Source: an uncultured delta proteobacterium
Lineage (GTDB): Bacteria; Myxococcota; Myxococcia; Myxococcales; Myxococcaceae
Direction: 5' to 3'
DNA length: 64,000 nucleotides
Assembly: GCA_963796055.1 (NCBI GenBank)
Contig: CAWCKH010000004.1
Location: forward strand, 2,688,001 to 2,752,000
Shown here: positions 35,382 to 44,129 of the stretch, piece after piece
Numbering within the stretch: position 1 is the first letter of the stretch
Layout of the letters: every line of letters starts with the position of its first letter
Position numbers and translations under genes: made by a program
Notes under the pieces: model-generated
What the model was told of the DNA's origin: nothing
What the model saw: only the letters and a program-made list of their open reading frames with translations
The model's database searches: none

Positions 35382-36166
35382 CGGCTCTTCGACTCCAGCC
35401 ACGCCTTGGTGAAGATGTTGGCCTCCAGCGGTCTGAGGTCCACCGATTTCAGCACCACGATGGTGCTGTTGGCCTTCTCCACCTCGTCGTAGATGCGGAT
35501 CTCCCCCGGGTACCAGACGTCGGCGCCCTTCGACTCGCTGTAGAGCTTCTTCCAGCTCGGGTAGTACAGGGTTCGCATCAGGCGCCCGGAGAGCGCGAAC
35601 TCCTGCCGCTTGAGGACGTTGCCGGTGGCCTGGTCCACCCAGAGCTTCACCACCGGGTAGGCCACGTCCACCCCGGGCTTGACCTTGCACTCGATCACCC
35701 AGGTGTCGAAGCTGCCCAGCTTGGTCTCCCCGGTGAAGGTGGAGTCGTACTCCTCGGCGAGCCGCGACTCGTCGAAGTCGGCGCGCCGGCTGTCGGTGCC
35801 GGCGATCCGCTCCCGCTCGGTCCGGCGCTCCCACTTCCCGGTGGTGGGATCGTAGCTCCAGAGGTTCTTGTCCAGCCGCAGGTAACCCTTCCCCGCCTCG
35901 CCCTTGGGCTTGGTGAAGAGAATCATCAGCTTCTGATCCTGGCTGCGGCGATAGACGATGGCCTCGCGCGCGGTGTCGGTCTTGTCGCGCTCCTTCTGCT
36001 CCAGATACGCCAGCGAGCGGTAGTCGCCGGAGTTCCGCTGCCGGTCGTCGATGGTGCGCACCACCTTCATCAGCCCGTCGTGATCGAGGGGATGCGCCCC
36101 TGCGGTGGACGTGGCGGCGATCAGCCCGGCCAGAAGCAGCCCTCGAGAGATCGTGGCGGGATTCAT
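35378..36166 (-). CDS. Outer-membrane lipoprotein-sorting (LolA-like) protein
   Basis: Signal peptide, ILFTKPKGEAGKGYL, NLWSYDP, IAGTDS..DF, LSGRLMRT and IFTKAWL. Confidence 0.85.
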   Translation of the reverse strand: MNPATISRGLLLAGLIAATSTAGAHPLDHDGLMKVVRTIDDRQRNSGDYRSLAYLEQKERDKTDTAREAIVYRRSQDQKLMILFTKPKGEAGKGYLRLDKNLWSYDPTTGKWERRTERERIAGTDSRRADFDESRLAEEYDSTFTGETKLGSFDTWVIECKVKPGVDVAYPVVKLWVDQATGNVLKRQEFALSGRLMRTLYYPSWKKLYSESKGADVWYPGEIRIYDEVEKANSTIVVLKSVDLRPLEANIFTKAWLESKSR

Positions 36167-36176
36167 GTGTCTGGGC

Positions 36177-37478
36177 TCAGCCCACGCGGTGCATCGCCGT
36201 GACCGGCTGAAGCCGGGCGGCAAGGAACGAGGGGAAGAGGGCGATCGCGGTGGTGGAGCCGGCGATCAGCCCGATGGCGCCGGCGACCGCCGAGGGCTTC
36301 ACCAGGAGGTGGAACTCCTCGCGCATCAGGAAGAGCTGCAGCGCCAGCGGGGCATGGAGGTGGGCGAGGTTGAGGAGCGCGCAGAGGCCCAGGCCCAGCG
36401 CGGTGCCGGCCAGGGTGGCGGTGAGGGCGAGGGTGAAGGCCTCGGTCATGAACATGGCCAGCACCCGCGTCCGCTGCATCCCGATGGCCCGGAGGGTTCC
36501 GATCTCGCGGGTGCGTTCCCGGATGGAGATCCACATGGTGTTCATCAGGCCCACCACGATGATCACCAGCAGGATCCCGATCAGAGTGTAGGAGAGCCAG
36601 GTGATCGCGGTGACGGTCCACTGGATGAACGAGATCTCGTCCTCCCAGGTGGTCACGTCGAGCTTCTGGCCGGTCCAGCCCTCGCGGTTGACCGTCTCGA
36701 ATTTGAACCAGAACGCGCGCGGGTCGGGGTCCATCAACTGGTAGCCGGCGGCAGCGAGCACCCTGCGGAGCCGCTCCTGGACCCGCGGCACGTCCTTCAC
36801 GTCCTTGAGGTAGAGGAACAGCGCGCCGGTGGCCTGGTCGTTCATCTGGTAGAGGCCACGGAGGGTGGAGTCGGGGACGAAGGTGTTCCAGCTGCTGAGG
36901 AGCCCCACGTTGCGCGCGATGGCGGCAATCCGGACGTCGACGGTGTTGGCCACCCCGCGGAGCGTGTAGGCGGAGAGGGTCAGCTGATCCCCGACCCGGA
37001 CGCCCAGCTTCTCCGCCTGCTGGTCGAAGATGAGGATGGTCCCCGGCTCGGCCAGCGCGTCGAAGGACCCCTCCTTCAGCTGGATCACTTGCCTGAACCT
37101 GGGCTCGTGGAGGATGTCGATTCCTTCGATCCCGGACTGCAGCGAGCCCGTGTCGCTGACCACCTTGGCCCAGCCACGTCCTCGCTGGGCGACGTAGTCG
37201 AGCTCGGGCACCTCCTTCCGGACGATCGCCAGGATCTCCGGGTAGTGCGTCACGACCGGGGCGCCGGCACCGGCGGTCACCTTGAAGAAGCCGCCCACGT
37301 TCACGTGCCCGGTCATCAGGGTGGTGGCCGACTCGAGGATGGTGGAGCGGATCCCGTTCAGCACCCCCAGGAGCAGCACCAGGAGGGTGGTCACCCCCAT
37401 GATGGCGCCACCCAGCAGCAGGGTGCGGCGGCCGTGGGTGATGAGATTTCGGACCGCAATCAGGAAGAGCTGGCCCAT
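36177..37478 (-). CDS. ABC transporter permease (FtsX/LolC-E/MacB-like)
   Basis: RNLITHGRRTLL, one TM plus periplasmic domain, ERTREIGTLRAIGM and AARLQPVTAM. Confidence 0.9.
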   Translation of the reverse strand: MGQLFLIAVRNLITHGRRTLLLGGAIMGVTTLLVLLLGVLNGIRSTILESATTLMTGHVNVGGFFKVTAGAGAPVVTHYPEILAIVRKEVPELDYVAQRGRGWAKVVSDTGSLQSGIEGIDILHEPRFRQVIQLKEGSFDALAEPGTILIFDQQAEKLGVRVGDQLTLSAYTLRGVANTVDVRIAAIARNVGLLSSWNTFVPDSTLRGLYQMNDQATGALFLYLKDVKDVPRVQERLRRVLAAAGYQLMDPDPRAFWFKFETVNREGWTGQKLDVTTWEDEISFIQWTVTAITWLSYTLIGILLVIIVVGLMNTMWISIRERTREIGTLRAIGMQRTRVLAMFMTEAFTLALTATLAGTALGLGLCALLNLAHLHAPLALQLFLMREEFHLLVKPSAVAGAIGLIAGSTTAIALFPSFLAARLQPVTAMHRVG

Positions 37479-37483
37479 CTCGT

Positions 37484-39589
37484 TCACTCGTCGGTCTGCA
37501 TCGCCCGGACCGGGGCGACGTGGGTGGCCAGGAAAGCCGGGTAGAGGGTGGAGAGGACGGTCACCAGAATCACGATGACCAGCGCCACCACGATGTTCCA
37601 CGGGCTGAGGGTGGGGAAGAGCCGGGGTCCGGAGAAGAAGAAATAGAGCGTATCGTTCTGCGCGGGGATTCCCCACCAGTGGAGGAGCGCGATCACCCCC
37701 GACCCGAGCGCGGCCCCGGCTCCTCCGAAGATCAGCCCCAGGGTCAAGGTCTCCACCAGCACCATCCCGAGGATGAACCCCCGCGGCGCCCCGATGGCGC
37801 GCATCGTCCCCACCTCAGGCGTGCGCTGGAGGGTGGCCATCATCACCGAGTTGTTGATGATGACCATGGCGACGATGAAGATGATCGCCACCGCGAGCAG
37901 GAGCACGACGTTGGCCAGGAGGATGAACTGCCCGAGGAATCCGGCCGCCTCGCGCCAGGAGAGGACCCTCAGCCCCAGCTGCTCCCGCTCGGAGAGTGCG
38001 CGGATGTCGGCCAGGGTCTTCCCGAGCTGGCGAGGGTCCTCGAGCACGATCGCCGCATCGAGCACCACTCCTCGACCGATCTCCGCCGGATCGTAGACCC
38101 GCCGGACGAGCTCCTCCCGGCGGAGCGCTGCGCCGGTGCCCTTGAACCGCTCCTTCTCGTCGATGATGCCCGGCGTGGCTTCGGCGACGATCTTCCGGCT
38201 GGACTGGCCGAACAGCTCCTCCTCTGCGCGGCTGCGATCGATCTCCCGTGCACCGCCCTCCTTCTTGATCGCCTCGATCTCCGCCTTCCGGTCCGCGCTG
38301 AGGTAGCCGTAGAGCTCCCGGAAGCTCACGATGTCCATGAGATTGATGTTCCCGGACAGCGCCGACTTCTCCAGTCCCCGGAACTGGAACGTTCCCCAGA
38401 CCTTGAGATTGAGGCTCTGGACGTAGCCGCTCCGGGTGAAGGCGGTGATGGTCAGGATGTCGCCAACCTTGAGCCGGTAGAGCTGCAGGAGCGGAGCGAG
38501 GTCCCGGTAGAAGATCCGGTATCGCTCGTAGAAGTTGTTGTCGTCGGTGTCGAAGAAGGCGTTGAGGAGCTTGTCCAGGTCCGTCTCCGACGAGGCCAGG
38601 GTGCGCTGCAGGAGGGCCACGGCCTTCTCGGTCTTCAGGCGATCCAGCTGGAGGAGGATCTCCCGGGTCTGGGTCCGGTTCTCGTGAACGTACCTCTGCA
38701 GCGTCTCGTCGCGGGCGATCTTCCCCTTCAGGTCCAGGGCGTCCTTGATCTTGTCCAGACGCCGCGCGGTCCGGAGCTTGAGCCGGTCCTCGTAGACGAA
38801 CTTGGACATCAGGAAGCCGCGGTGGCCGGGAGGGACTGCCTGGCCGTCGACGATCTCCATCCGATCGAAGTTCTTCTGGAAGGCGTCGAGGTCGGTGCCG
38901 ACGTACCGGAGCGGGACCAGGTCGGCGTCGGACAGCTGCGGGGCCAGGCGGTTCTCCAGGAACTCCAGGGCAGCGTACGGATCACGGTCGAAGCCGTCCC
39001 AGAACGCGTCGGACGACGCCCGGTCGATGGCGGCACGGGCCTCCGGATCGAGCGCCTCGGCGGTGTTGATGTCCTCCATCCGGAGGAGGTCGGCCCGGAG
39101 CACGCGGGCGATCTGCCGGACGTGCTCCTTCAGCGAGGCACGTCGAGCCTCCAGCTCGGGGGTGTTGCCGCGCTCCTTCGCCTCGCGCACCACCGAGCGC
39201 AGCTCCTCCAGCGTGAGGTCGATGGTGTTCCCGCTGGTGATCAGCGCGGCGTTGATCCCCATCGGGATGACCGCCTTGACGTTGGGGACCGATTCCAGCA
39301 GCCGCTGCTTCCGCTCCCAGTCCACCATCGGGCTCAGGTCGGGGTCGTTGCCCCCCATCGGCCAGATGGCGAACTCCTCCTTGCTCGCGGCGCTGTAGAC
39401 CTGGATGTGCCCGGCGACGCTCCCGATGATGCTCCGGCTCATCGAGCTGACGACGCTGTTGAGCAGCGCGCCTCCCACCACCACCAGCAGCGTGCCCCCG
39501 AGGATCACCGAGCCGATGAGGAGGTTGATCCGCGACCGGAACAGGTTGCGGCCCGCGATGGCCACCAGAATGCCGAGCCGGGCGAGCAC
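37484..39589 (-). CDS. ABC transporter permease (FtsX/LolC-E-like) with a large helical periplasmic insertion
   Basis: IAGRNLFRS, GHIQVYS, QRTPEVGTMRAIG and PVRAM; 701 aa. Confidence 0.88.
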   Translation of the reverse strand: MLARLGILVAIAGRNLFRSRINLLIGSVILGGTLLVVVGGALLNSVVSSMSRSIIGSVAGHIQVYSAASKEEFAIWPMGGNDPDLSPMVDWERKQRLLESVPNVKAVIPMGINAALITSGNTIDLTLEELRSVVREAKERGNTPELEARRASLKEHVRQIARVLRADLLRMEDINTAEALDPEARAAIDRASSDAFWDGFDRDPYAALEFLENRLAPQLSDADLVPLRYVGTDLDAFQKNFDRMEIVDGQAVPPGHRGFLMSKFVYEDRLKLRTARRLDKIKDALDLKGKIARDETLQRYVHENRTQTREILLQLDRLKTEKAVALLQRTLASSETDLDKLLNAFFDTDDNNFYERYRIFYRDLAPLLQLYRLKVGDILTITAFTRSGYVQSLNLKVWGTFQFRGLEKSALSGNINLMDIVSFRELYGYLSADRKAEIEAIKKEGGAREIDRSRAEEELFGQSSRKIVAEATPGIIDEKERFKGTGAALRREELVRRVYDPAEIGRGVVLDAAIVLEDPRQLGKTLADIRALSEREQLGLRVLSWREAAGFLGQFILLANVVLLLAVAIIFIVAMVIINNSVMMATLQRTPEVGTMRAIGAPRGFILGMVLVETLTLGLIFGGAGAALGSGVIALLHWWGIPAQNDTLYFFFSGPRLFPTLSPWNIVVALVIVILVTVLSTLYPAFLATHVAPVRAMQTDE

Positions 39590-39590
39590 C

Positions 39591-40313
39591 TCAATGCCCT
39601 CCGGACACGGCCATGGCGGTGCCCGCCAGCTCGCGCCCGACGATCCGGCCGTCGGCCAGCCTCACCACCGCGTCGGCATGGGACATGACCTTGGCGTCGT
39701 GGGTGGAGAAGATGAAGGTGGTCCCGTCGCGCTGGTTCATCTCCTTCATGAGGTCGATGATCCGCTCGCCGGTCTCGGAGTCCAGGTTCGCGGTGGGCTC
39801 GTCGGCCAGGACGATCTGCGGGTTTCCCACCAGCGCCCGCGCCACCGCCACCCGCTGCCGCTGCCCGCCCGAGAGCTCGTTGGGGCGATGGCGGGCGTGG
39901 TCGGCCAGTCCCACCTGCTCGAGGAGGGTCATGACCCGGGCGCGCCGCTCGTGCCCCCGGAGACGTCCCTGGAGCAGGAGCGGGAACTCGACGTTCTGGA
40001 AGACGCTGAGCACGCCCACCAGGTTGAAGCTCTGGAAGATGAAGCCGATGGTGTCGAGCCGGAGCCGGGTCAGCTCTCGCTCGCTCAGCGCGGCGGTGTC
40101 GTGGCCTGCCACCCACACCGTGCCCCGCGTCGCCACGTCCACGCAGCCGATGAGGTTCAGCAGCGTGGTCTTTCCGCTGCCGGATGGACCAGCGATGGAG
40201 ATGAACTCGCCGGTGTGAACGTCCAGCGACACACCCCGGAGGGCCGGGACCACGGTGGTCCCCAGCTGGTACTCCTTGACCACGTCGACGATGCGGACGA
40301 TTGGCTCGCTCAC
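39591..40313 (-). CDS. ABC transporter ATP-binding protein (LolD/MacB-like)
   Basis: GPSGSGKTT, FIFQSFNL, LSGGQRQR, LADEPT and STHD. Confidence 0.95.
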   Translation of the reverse strand: MSEPIVRIVDVVKEYQLGTTVVPALRGVSLDVHTGEFISIAGPSGSGKTTLLNLIGCVDVATRGTVWVAGHDTAALSERELTRLRLDTIGFIFQSFNLVGVLSVFQNVEFPLLLQGRLRGHERRARVMTLLEQVGLADHARHRPNELSGGQRQRVAVARALVGNPQIVLADEPTANLDSETGERIIDLMKEMNQRDGTTFIFSTHDAKVMSHADAVVRLADGRIVGRELAGTAMAVSGGH

Positions 40314-40568
40314 GGTGCTCCTCGCGCCGAGGAACGGTGCTACCGGGCGCGACGTCTCGCGTCAACGAGAGTCGTGGGGAGGTCCTCTCGCAGCAGAGTC
40401 ACGTTGCAGGCGCGTGAAGTTTGGTGAAGGCACGTGGGGCGCCCGGTGCCTCCGTGGGACGACGGTCGCAACGGTTCATGCCAGCCGGGGCGCACCCGGC
40501 CGGCCTGCGCGGCCCCGACGCTCAGGGGTTGGAGCGAGCTGGCGCGGAGGCTTCCCAAAAATCAGAAG

Positions 40569-40587
40569 TTTGCTTCCGGGAAGCAAA
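40569..40587. promoter_or_regulatory. Perfect 19-bp palindrome TTTGCTTCC-G-GGAAGCAAA in an AT-rich patch
   Basis: 9-1-9 inverted repeat, with a degenerate second copy at 40601-40620. Confidence 0.55.
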
Positions 40588-40791
40588 TACTCTCCGGAAC
40601 TGCTTGCATGCAGGAAGCAATCATTTTTTCCAGAAGGCAGGCTCCCCTCGCCGTCGGGCGCGGGCGCGGCTGCTTCAGGTCGGCGGGCGGGCGATCGGGC
40701 GTGCCGTGCTCGTGAGTGCGCCGGCAGCCCGGTCGAACGGCGAGCCTCATCGGAGGCCCTGGGACCGTCGCCCGTGCATGGCAGCCAGGGG

Positions 40792-41100
40792 TCAGTGTGG
40801 CGTTGGGCGGGGTGGTTGCGTGGTCGGCGGAAGATCGGGCCGCGGCGGAGGGCTGGGGGTCTCGGGGGAGCGCGTCGACGGTGGCGTCTCGCTCCCCGTT
40901 CCCACCGGGGCGGTGGTTTGTGTCCTCGGCGCAGGGAGCCCGGCTCCGGTCGGTGGTGGGGCAGGCCGGTCCGGGACAGTCGTCCCCTTCGTCGTCGTCT
41001 TCGTCCCCGCGTCGGGGGTCGCCCGGCGTGGACCTCCGTCCGGCTCCGCGGTCGCCAGGCCGGAGACGCAAAGCGCGGTCAGCAGCAAGCGGGCGGTCAT
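40792..41100 (-). CDS. Small secreted Pro/Thr-rich protein
   Basis: GAGGAGG RBS, signal peptide MTARLLLTALCVSGLATA|E, PDGG/PDAG motifs, low complexity. Confidence 0.55.
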   Translation of the reverse strand: MTARLLLTALCVSGLATAEPDGGPRRATPDAGTKTTTKGTTVPDRPAPPPTGAGLPAPRTQTTAPVGTGSETPPSTRSPETPSPPPRPDLPPTTQPPRPTPH

Positions 41101-41196
41101 CGGGCTTCCTCCTCTCGGGCACGGTCTCTGCACTGCCCCCCGGAACATAGGAACCCGGGGCCGCGCTGCCGCCTCCCTCGGGTCAGGAGGTGAACG

Positions 41197-41796
41197 GTGG
41201 AGACACCCTGGACCTCGGCCCGACCGCCGGCGCGCATCCTCCCGGCGCCGGTCATGGACGCACGTGACCAGGCCCGGGACGTCCTGGGCGTTGCCCAGGC
41301 CCGAGCGGCGGAGCTGATCGCCGAGGCGGAGCACGAGGCCGAGTCCATCCGGAGCGCCGCGCGCGAGGCTGGGCGCGACGAGGGGCTCGGCTACGCGCAG
41401 CGACTTCTGGTCGAGATCCAGCAAGCGCGGCTGCGGACCCTGGAGGGGGAGGCGCTGGGCCGCAGCGTGTCCGAGCTGGCCCTGGCGATGACCCGCCGTG
41501 TCCTCGGTGACGCCTGGGAGGCGGAGCCGGGCCCGTGGATCCGTGCGGTGCTCGAGGTTGCGGCCCCGCTCCGTCGTTCGGCGGCCCTCTCGCTCCGGGT
41601 GGCGCCGGCGGATGCCCCGGCCGTCCGGGAGCGGCTGTCGACGGAGATCGCCGCGGGCACGGTGGAGGTGGCCGAGGACCCGGCGATCGGCGAGGCGGGC
41701 TGCGTCGCCATCTCCAGCTGTGGCCGGGTGGACGGCCGGCTCTCGACGATGCTGGCGGCCTTCCGCGGCCCGCTCGGGCTCGAGGAGCCCGGATGA
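41197..41796 (+). CDS. FliH/SctL-family type III ATPase stator
   Basis: AGGAGG RBS, helical A(x3)A run ending AREAGRDEGLG, then LRVAP.D, EDPAIGEAGC and GRVDGRL. Overlaps the ATPase start (ATGA). Confidence 0.82.
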   Translation: METPWTSARPPARILPAPVMDARDQARDVLGVAQARAAELIAEAEHEAESIRSAAREAGRDEGLGYAQRLLVEIQQARLRTLEGEALGRSVSELALAMTRRVLGDAWEAEPGPWIRAVLEVAAPLRRSAALSLRVAPADAPAVRERLSTEIAAGTVEVAEDPAIGEAGCVAISSCGRVDGRLSTMLAAFRGPLGLEEPG

Positions 41797-43088
41797 CCGC
41801 GCCGACGCCCGTCGACGCGGTGCGCTCGGTCCGGCCCTTCCGGCTGACCGGCCGGGTGGAGCTGGTGCGCGGCCTGCTCCTCGAGGCCACGCTTCCGGGC
41901 GCCCGGGTCGGAGAGGTGGCGACCATCACCGATGCCCGGACGCACGTGCTCGCCGAGGTGGTGGGGTTCGCGGGCTCGCGGGTCCAGCTCCTCCCGCTCG
42001 GCAGCGCCACCGGCCTGGGCGAGGGCGCGGAGGTGGCGAGCCGGGGGGAGGCGCTCACCATCGGAGTGGGACCGGGGCTCGTGGGGCGGGTGCTCGACGG
42101 CCTCGGCCGCCCCATGGATGGCAAGCCTCCGCCTCCCGGCCTGGTGCACTGGTCGGTGGACCGGCCGTGCCCCGAGCCGTTTCGCCGTGCTCGGGTGGAC
42201 CTGCCGCTCCCGCTCGGGGTCCGCGCCATCGACGGGTTGTGCACGGTGGGGCGCGGGCAGCGGCTCGGTCTGTTCGCCGGTGCAGGGGTGGGGAAGTCCA
42301 CCCTCCTGGGCCAGATGGTGCGGCACACCCGGGCGGAGGTGACGGTGGTGGCGCTCGTCGGCGAGCGTGGGCGCGAGCTCCGCGAGTTCGTGGAGGACGC
42401 CCTCGGTCCTCGGGGCCTCGCGCGCAGCGTGGTGGTGTGCGCGACCTCGGACGCGCCGGCGCTGGTACGGCTCCGCGCGGGCTTCGTCGCCACGGCGATC
42501 GCCGAGTGGTTCCGCGAGCAGGGAGGCAACGTGCTCTTCCTCCTCGACTCGGTGACCCGGCTGGCCCGGGCGCAGCGCGAGGTGGGTCTCGCGGCCGGCG
42601 AGCCGCCCGCACGGCAGGGCTACCCGCCGTCCGTCTTCTCGATGCTCCCGCGGCTCCTCGAACGGACGGGAAACTCGGCCGGCGGACACTGCACCGCGCT
42701 CTACGCCTGCCTGGTCGCGGGCGACGACATGGAGGACCCCATCGCCGACGAGGTGCGCGGCATCCTCGACGGGCACGTGGTGCTCGATCGGCGCATCGCC
42801 GAGCGCGGGCGCTGGCCGGCAGTGGACGTGCTCGCCTCGCTGTCGCGGGTCATGCCGCAGGTCACCACCGAGGAGCACCGGCGGCTCGCGGCGCGGTTCC
42901 GGGAACTGCTCGCGGCCTATGAGCAACGGCGGGACCTCATCCTCCTCGGCGCCTACGCGCCCGGGAGGGATCCGCTGACCGACGAGGCCATCGCCCGTCA
43001 GCCGGCGCTGGAGGCGTTCCTGGCGCAGGGACGGAACGAGCCGGCCGGGAAGCTGCTGGAGCGGATGCGGAAGGCGGTGGAGGGATGA
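41793..43088 (+). CDS. FliI/YscN (SctN) type III secretion ATPase
   Basis: GRGQRLGLFAGAGVGKS, VGERGRE, DSVTRLARAQRE, GEPP..QGYPPS, ILDGHVVL and SLSRVM. Confidence 0.95.
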   Translation: MTAPTPVDAVRSVRPFRLTGRVELVRGLLLEATLPGARVGEVATITDARTHVLAEVVGFAGSRVQLLPLGSATGLGEGAEVASRGEALTIGVGPGLVGRVLDGLGRPMDGKPPPPGLVHWSVDRPCPEPFRRARVDLPLPLGVRAIDGLCTVGRGQRLGLFAGAGVGKSTLLGQMVRHTRAEVTVVALVGERGRELREFVEDALGPRGLARSVVVCATSDAPALVRLRAGFVATAIAEWFREQGGNVLFLLDSVTRLARAQREVGLAAGEPPARQGYPPSVFSMLPRLLERTGNSAGGHCTALYACLVAGDDMEDPIADEVRGILDGHVVLDRRIAERGRWPAVDVLASLSRVMPQVTTEEHRRLAARFRELLAAYEQRRDLILLGAYAPGRDPLTDEAIARQPALEAFLAQGRNEPAGKLLERMRKAVEG

Positions 43089-43558
43089 GTGCCCTGCGTA
43101 CGCTCCGGCGGATCAGGACGGAGGCGCGCGACGGTACCCAGGAGGCCTTCGCCCGCCGGCTCTCGGAGCTGCGCCTCGCCGAGGAGCTGCTGCGGCGGGC
43201 GACCGCACGGTGGCAATCGCAGCGGGACCGTGTCACCGGCCGTGCCGAGGCACGGCTCTCGGTGCTCGGGGCGGGGGAGGCTGCGGGGAGCGCGGTTCTC
43301 CACGCCCGGCACGAGTCACGGCTTCGCAAGGAGCTGGAGACCCTCGCCTTCGGGCGGGACGTGGCACGCCGGGAGCTCACCATGCGATCGACCCGGAGGG
43401 ACGAGGCGCACGATGCCCTGGAGCGCGCCGAGGCCAGCCTGGCAGTGCTGGAACGGCTGATCGAGCGGCGGGAAGAAGAAGCACGGAGTCGGCGGCTCCG
43501 GCGCGAGGAGCAGCTGCTCGAGGCGCATCCGAGCGGTGGGGTGCAGGGGATCGGCTGA
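43085..43558 (+). CDS. FliJ/SctO-like coiled-coil stalk protein
   Basis: 157-aa charged helical protein that overlaps the ATPase stop, which is the canonical position for fliJ/sctO. Confidence 0.62.
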   Translation: MSALRTLRRIRTEARDGTQEAFARRLSELRLAEELLRRATARWQSQRDRVTGRAEARLSVLGAGEAAGSAVLHARHESRLRKELETLAFGRDVARRELTMRSTRRDEAHDALERAEASLAVLERLIERREEEARSRRLRREEQLLEAHPSGGVQGIG

Positions 43559-43624
43559 GCGTCGCCTCGGCTCGATGGCGTACCCCCTCTCCTCGAGGCT
43601 GAGGTTCGGCCCGTCCCTGTCGGC

Positions 43625-44113
43625 TCAGACTCGCAGCACTCCCGCCCGCAGCGGCGGGAGGTAGTTCAGGCTGCTCACGGCCAGCGCGGCTCCGATCGCG
43701 AGGTTGACCATTCCCCGCCACAGCGGCGGCACACCCCCGAGCGTCATCCCGAGGCTCAAGGCGGTCATCAGCCCGATCACCACCCAGCTCCGCATCCCGT
43801 AGACGTGGATGGGCCGGCGGTCCTCGGTCAGCGCGGCGAGCCGGTCGACGTTGCGCCGTGCGGTCTTGCGAAGGATGAACCGGCCCTTGGCCACGCCCAG
43901 CGCCAGCGCCGCGATCGCCAGGGCGGCCACCAGGGTGGATGCCGACGCTCCCCTGGACGCCTGGAGCAGGCGCGCGGTGCCGAGCGACAGCAGCACCAGC
44001 CCACCGAGCATCCACAGTCCGAAGGCGAGCCATCCGAGCGAACGCGGAGCGAGCCGGACCGGAAGGGCCAGCAGCACCACCACGACGAACGGCATGATCG
44101 GCAGCGCGGGCAT
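43625..44113 (-). CDS. Hypothetical membrane protein
   Basis: About 4-5 hydrophobic helices; GGAGG RBS directly after rho. Confidence 0.75.
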   Translation of the reverse strand: MPALPIMPFVVVVLLALPVRLAPRSLGWLAFGLWMLGGLVLLSLGTARLLQASRGASASTLVAALAIAALALGVAKGRFILRKTARRNVDRLAALTEDRRPIHVYGMRSWVVIGLMTALSLGMTLGGVPPLWRGMVNLAIGAALAVSSLNYLPPLRAGVLRV

Positions 44114-44129
44114 CGCCCTCCCTCCAGGG

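Noticed and set aside
40468..40483. Sigma54-like TGGCATGAACCGTTGC upstream of the ABC operon (minus strand)
   Set aside because: GG-to-GC spacing is one base longer than the strict -24/-12 requirement. Worth revisiting only if an indel error is found there.
41793..43088. F1 ATP synthase beta subunit or flagellar operon interpretation of the ATPase
   Set aside because: The motifs (RLARAQRE, GEPP..QGYPPS) and the FliH/FliJ-like neighbours fit the FliI/SctN family, and no atp or flagellar genes are present.
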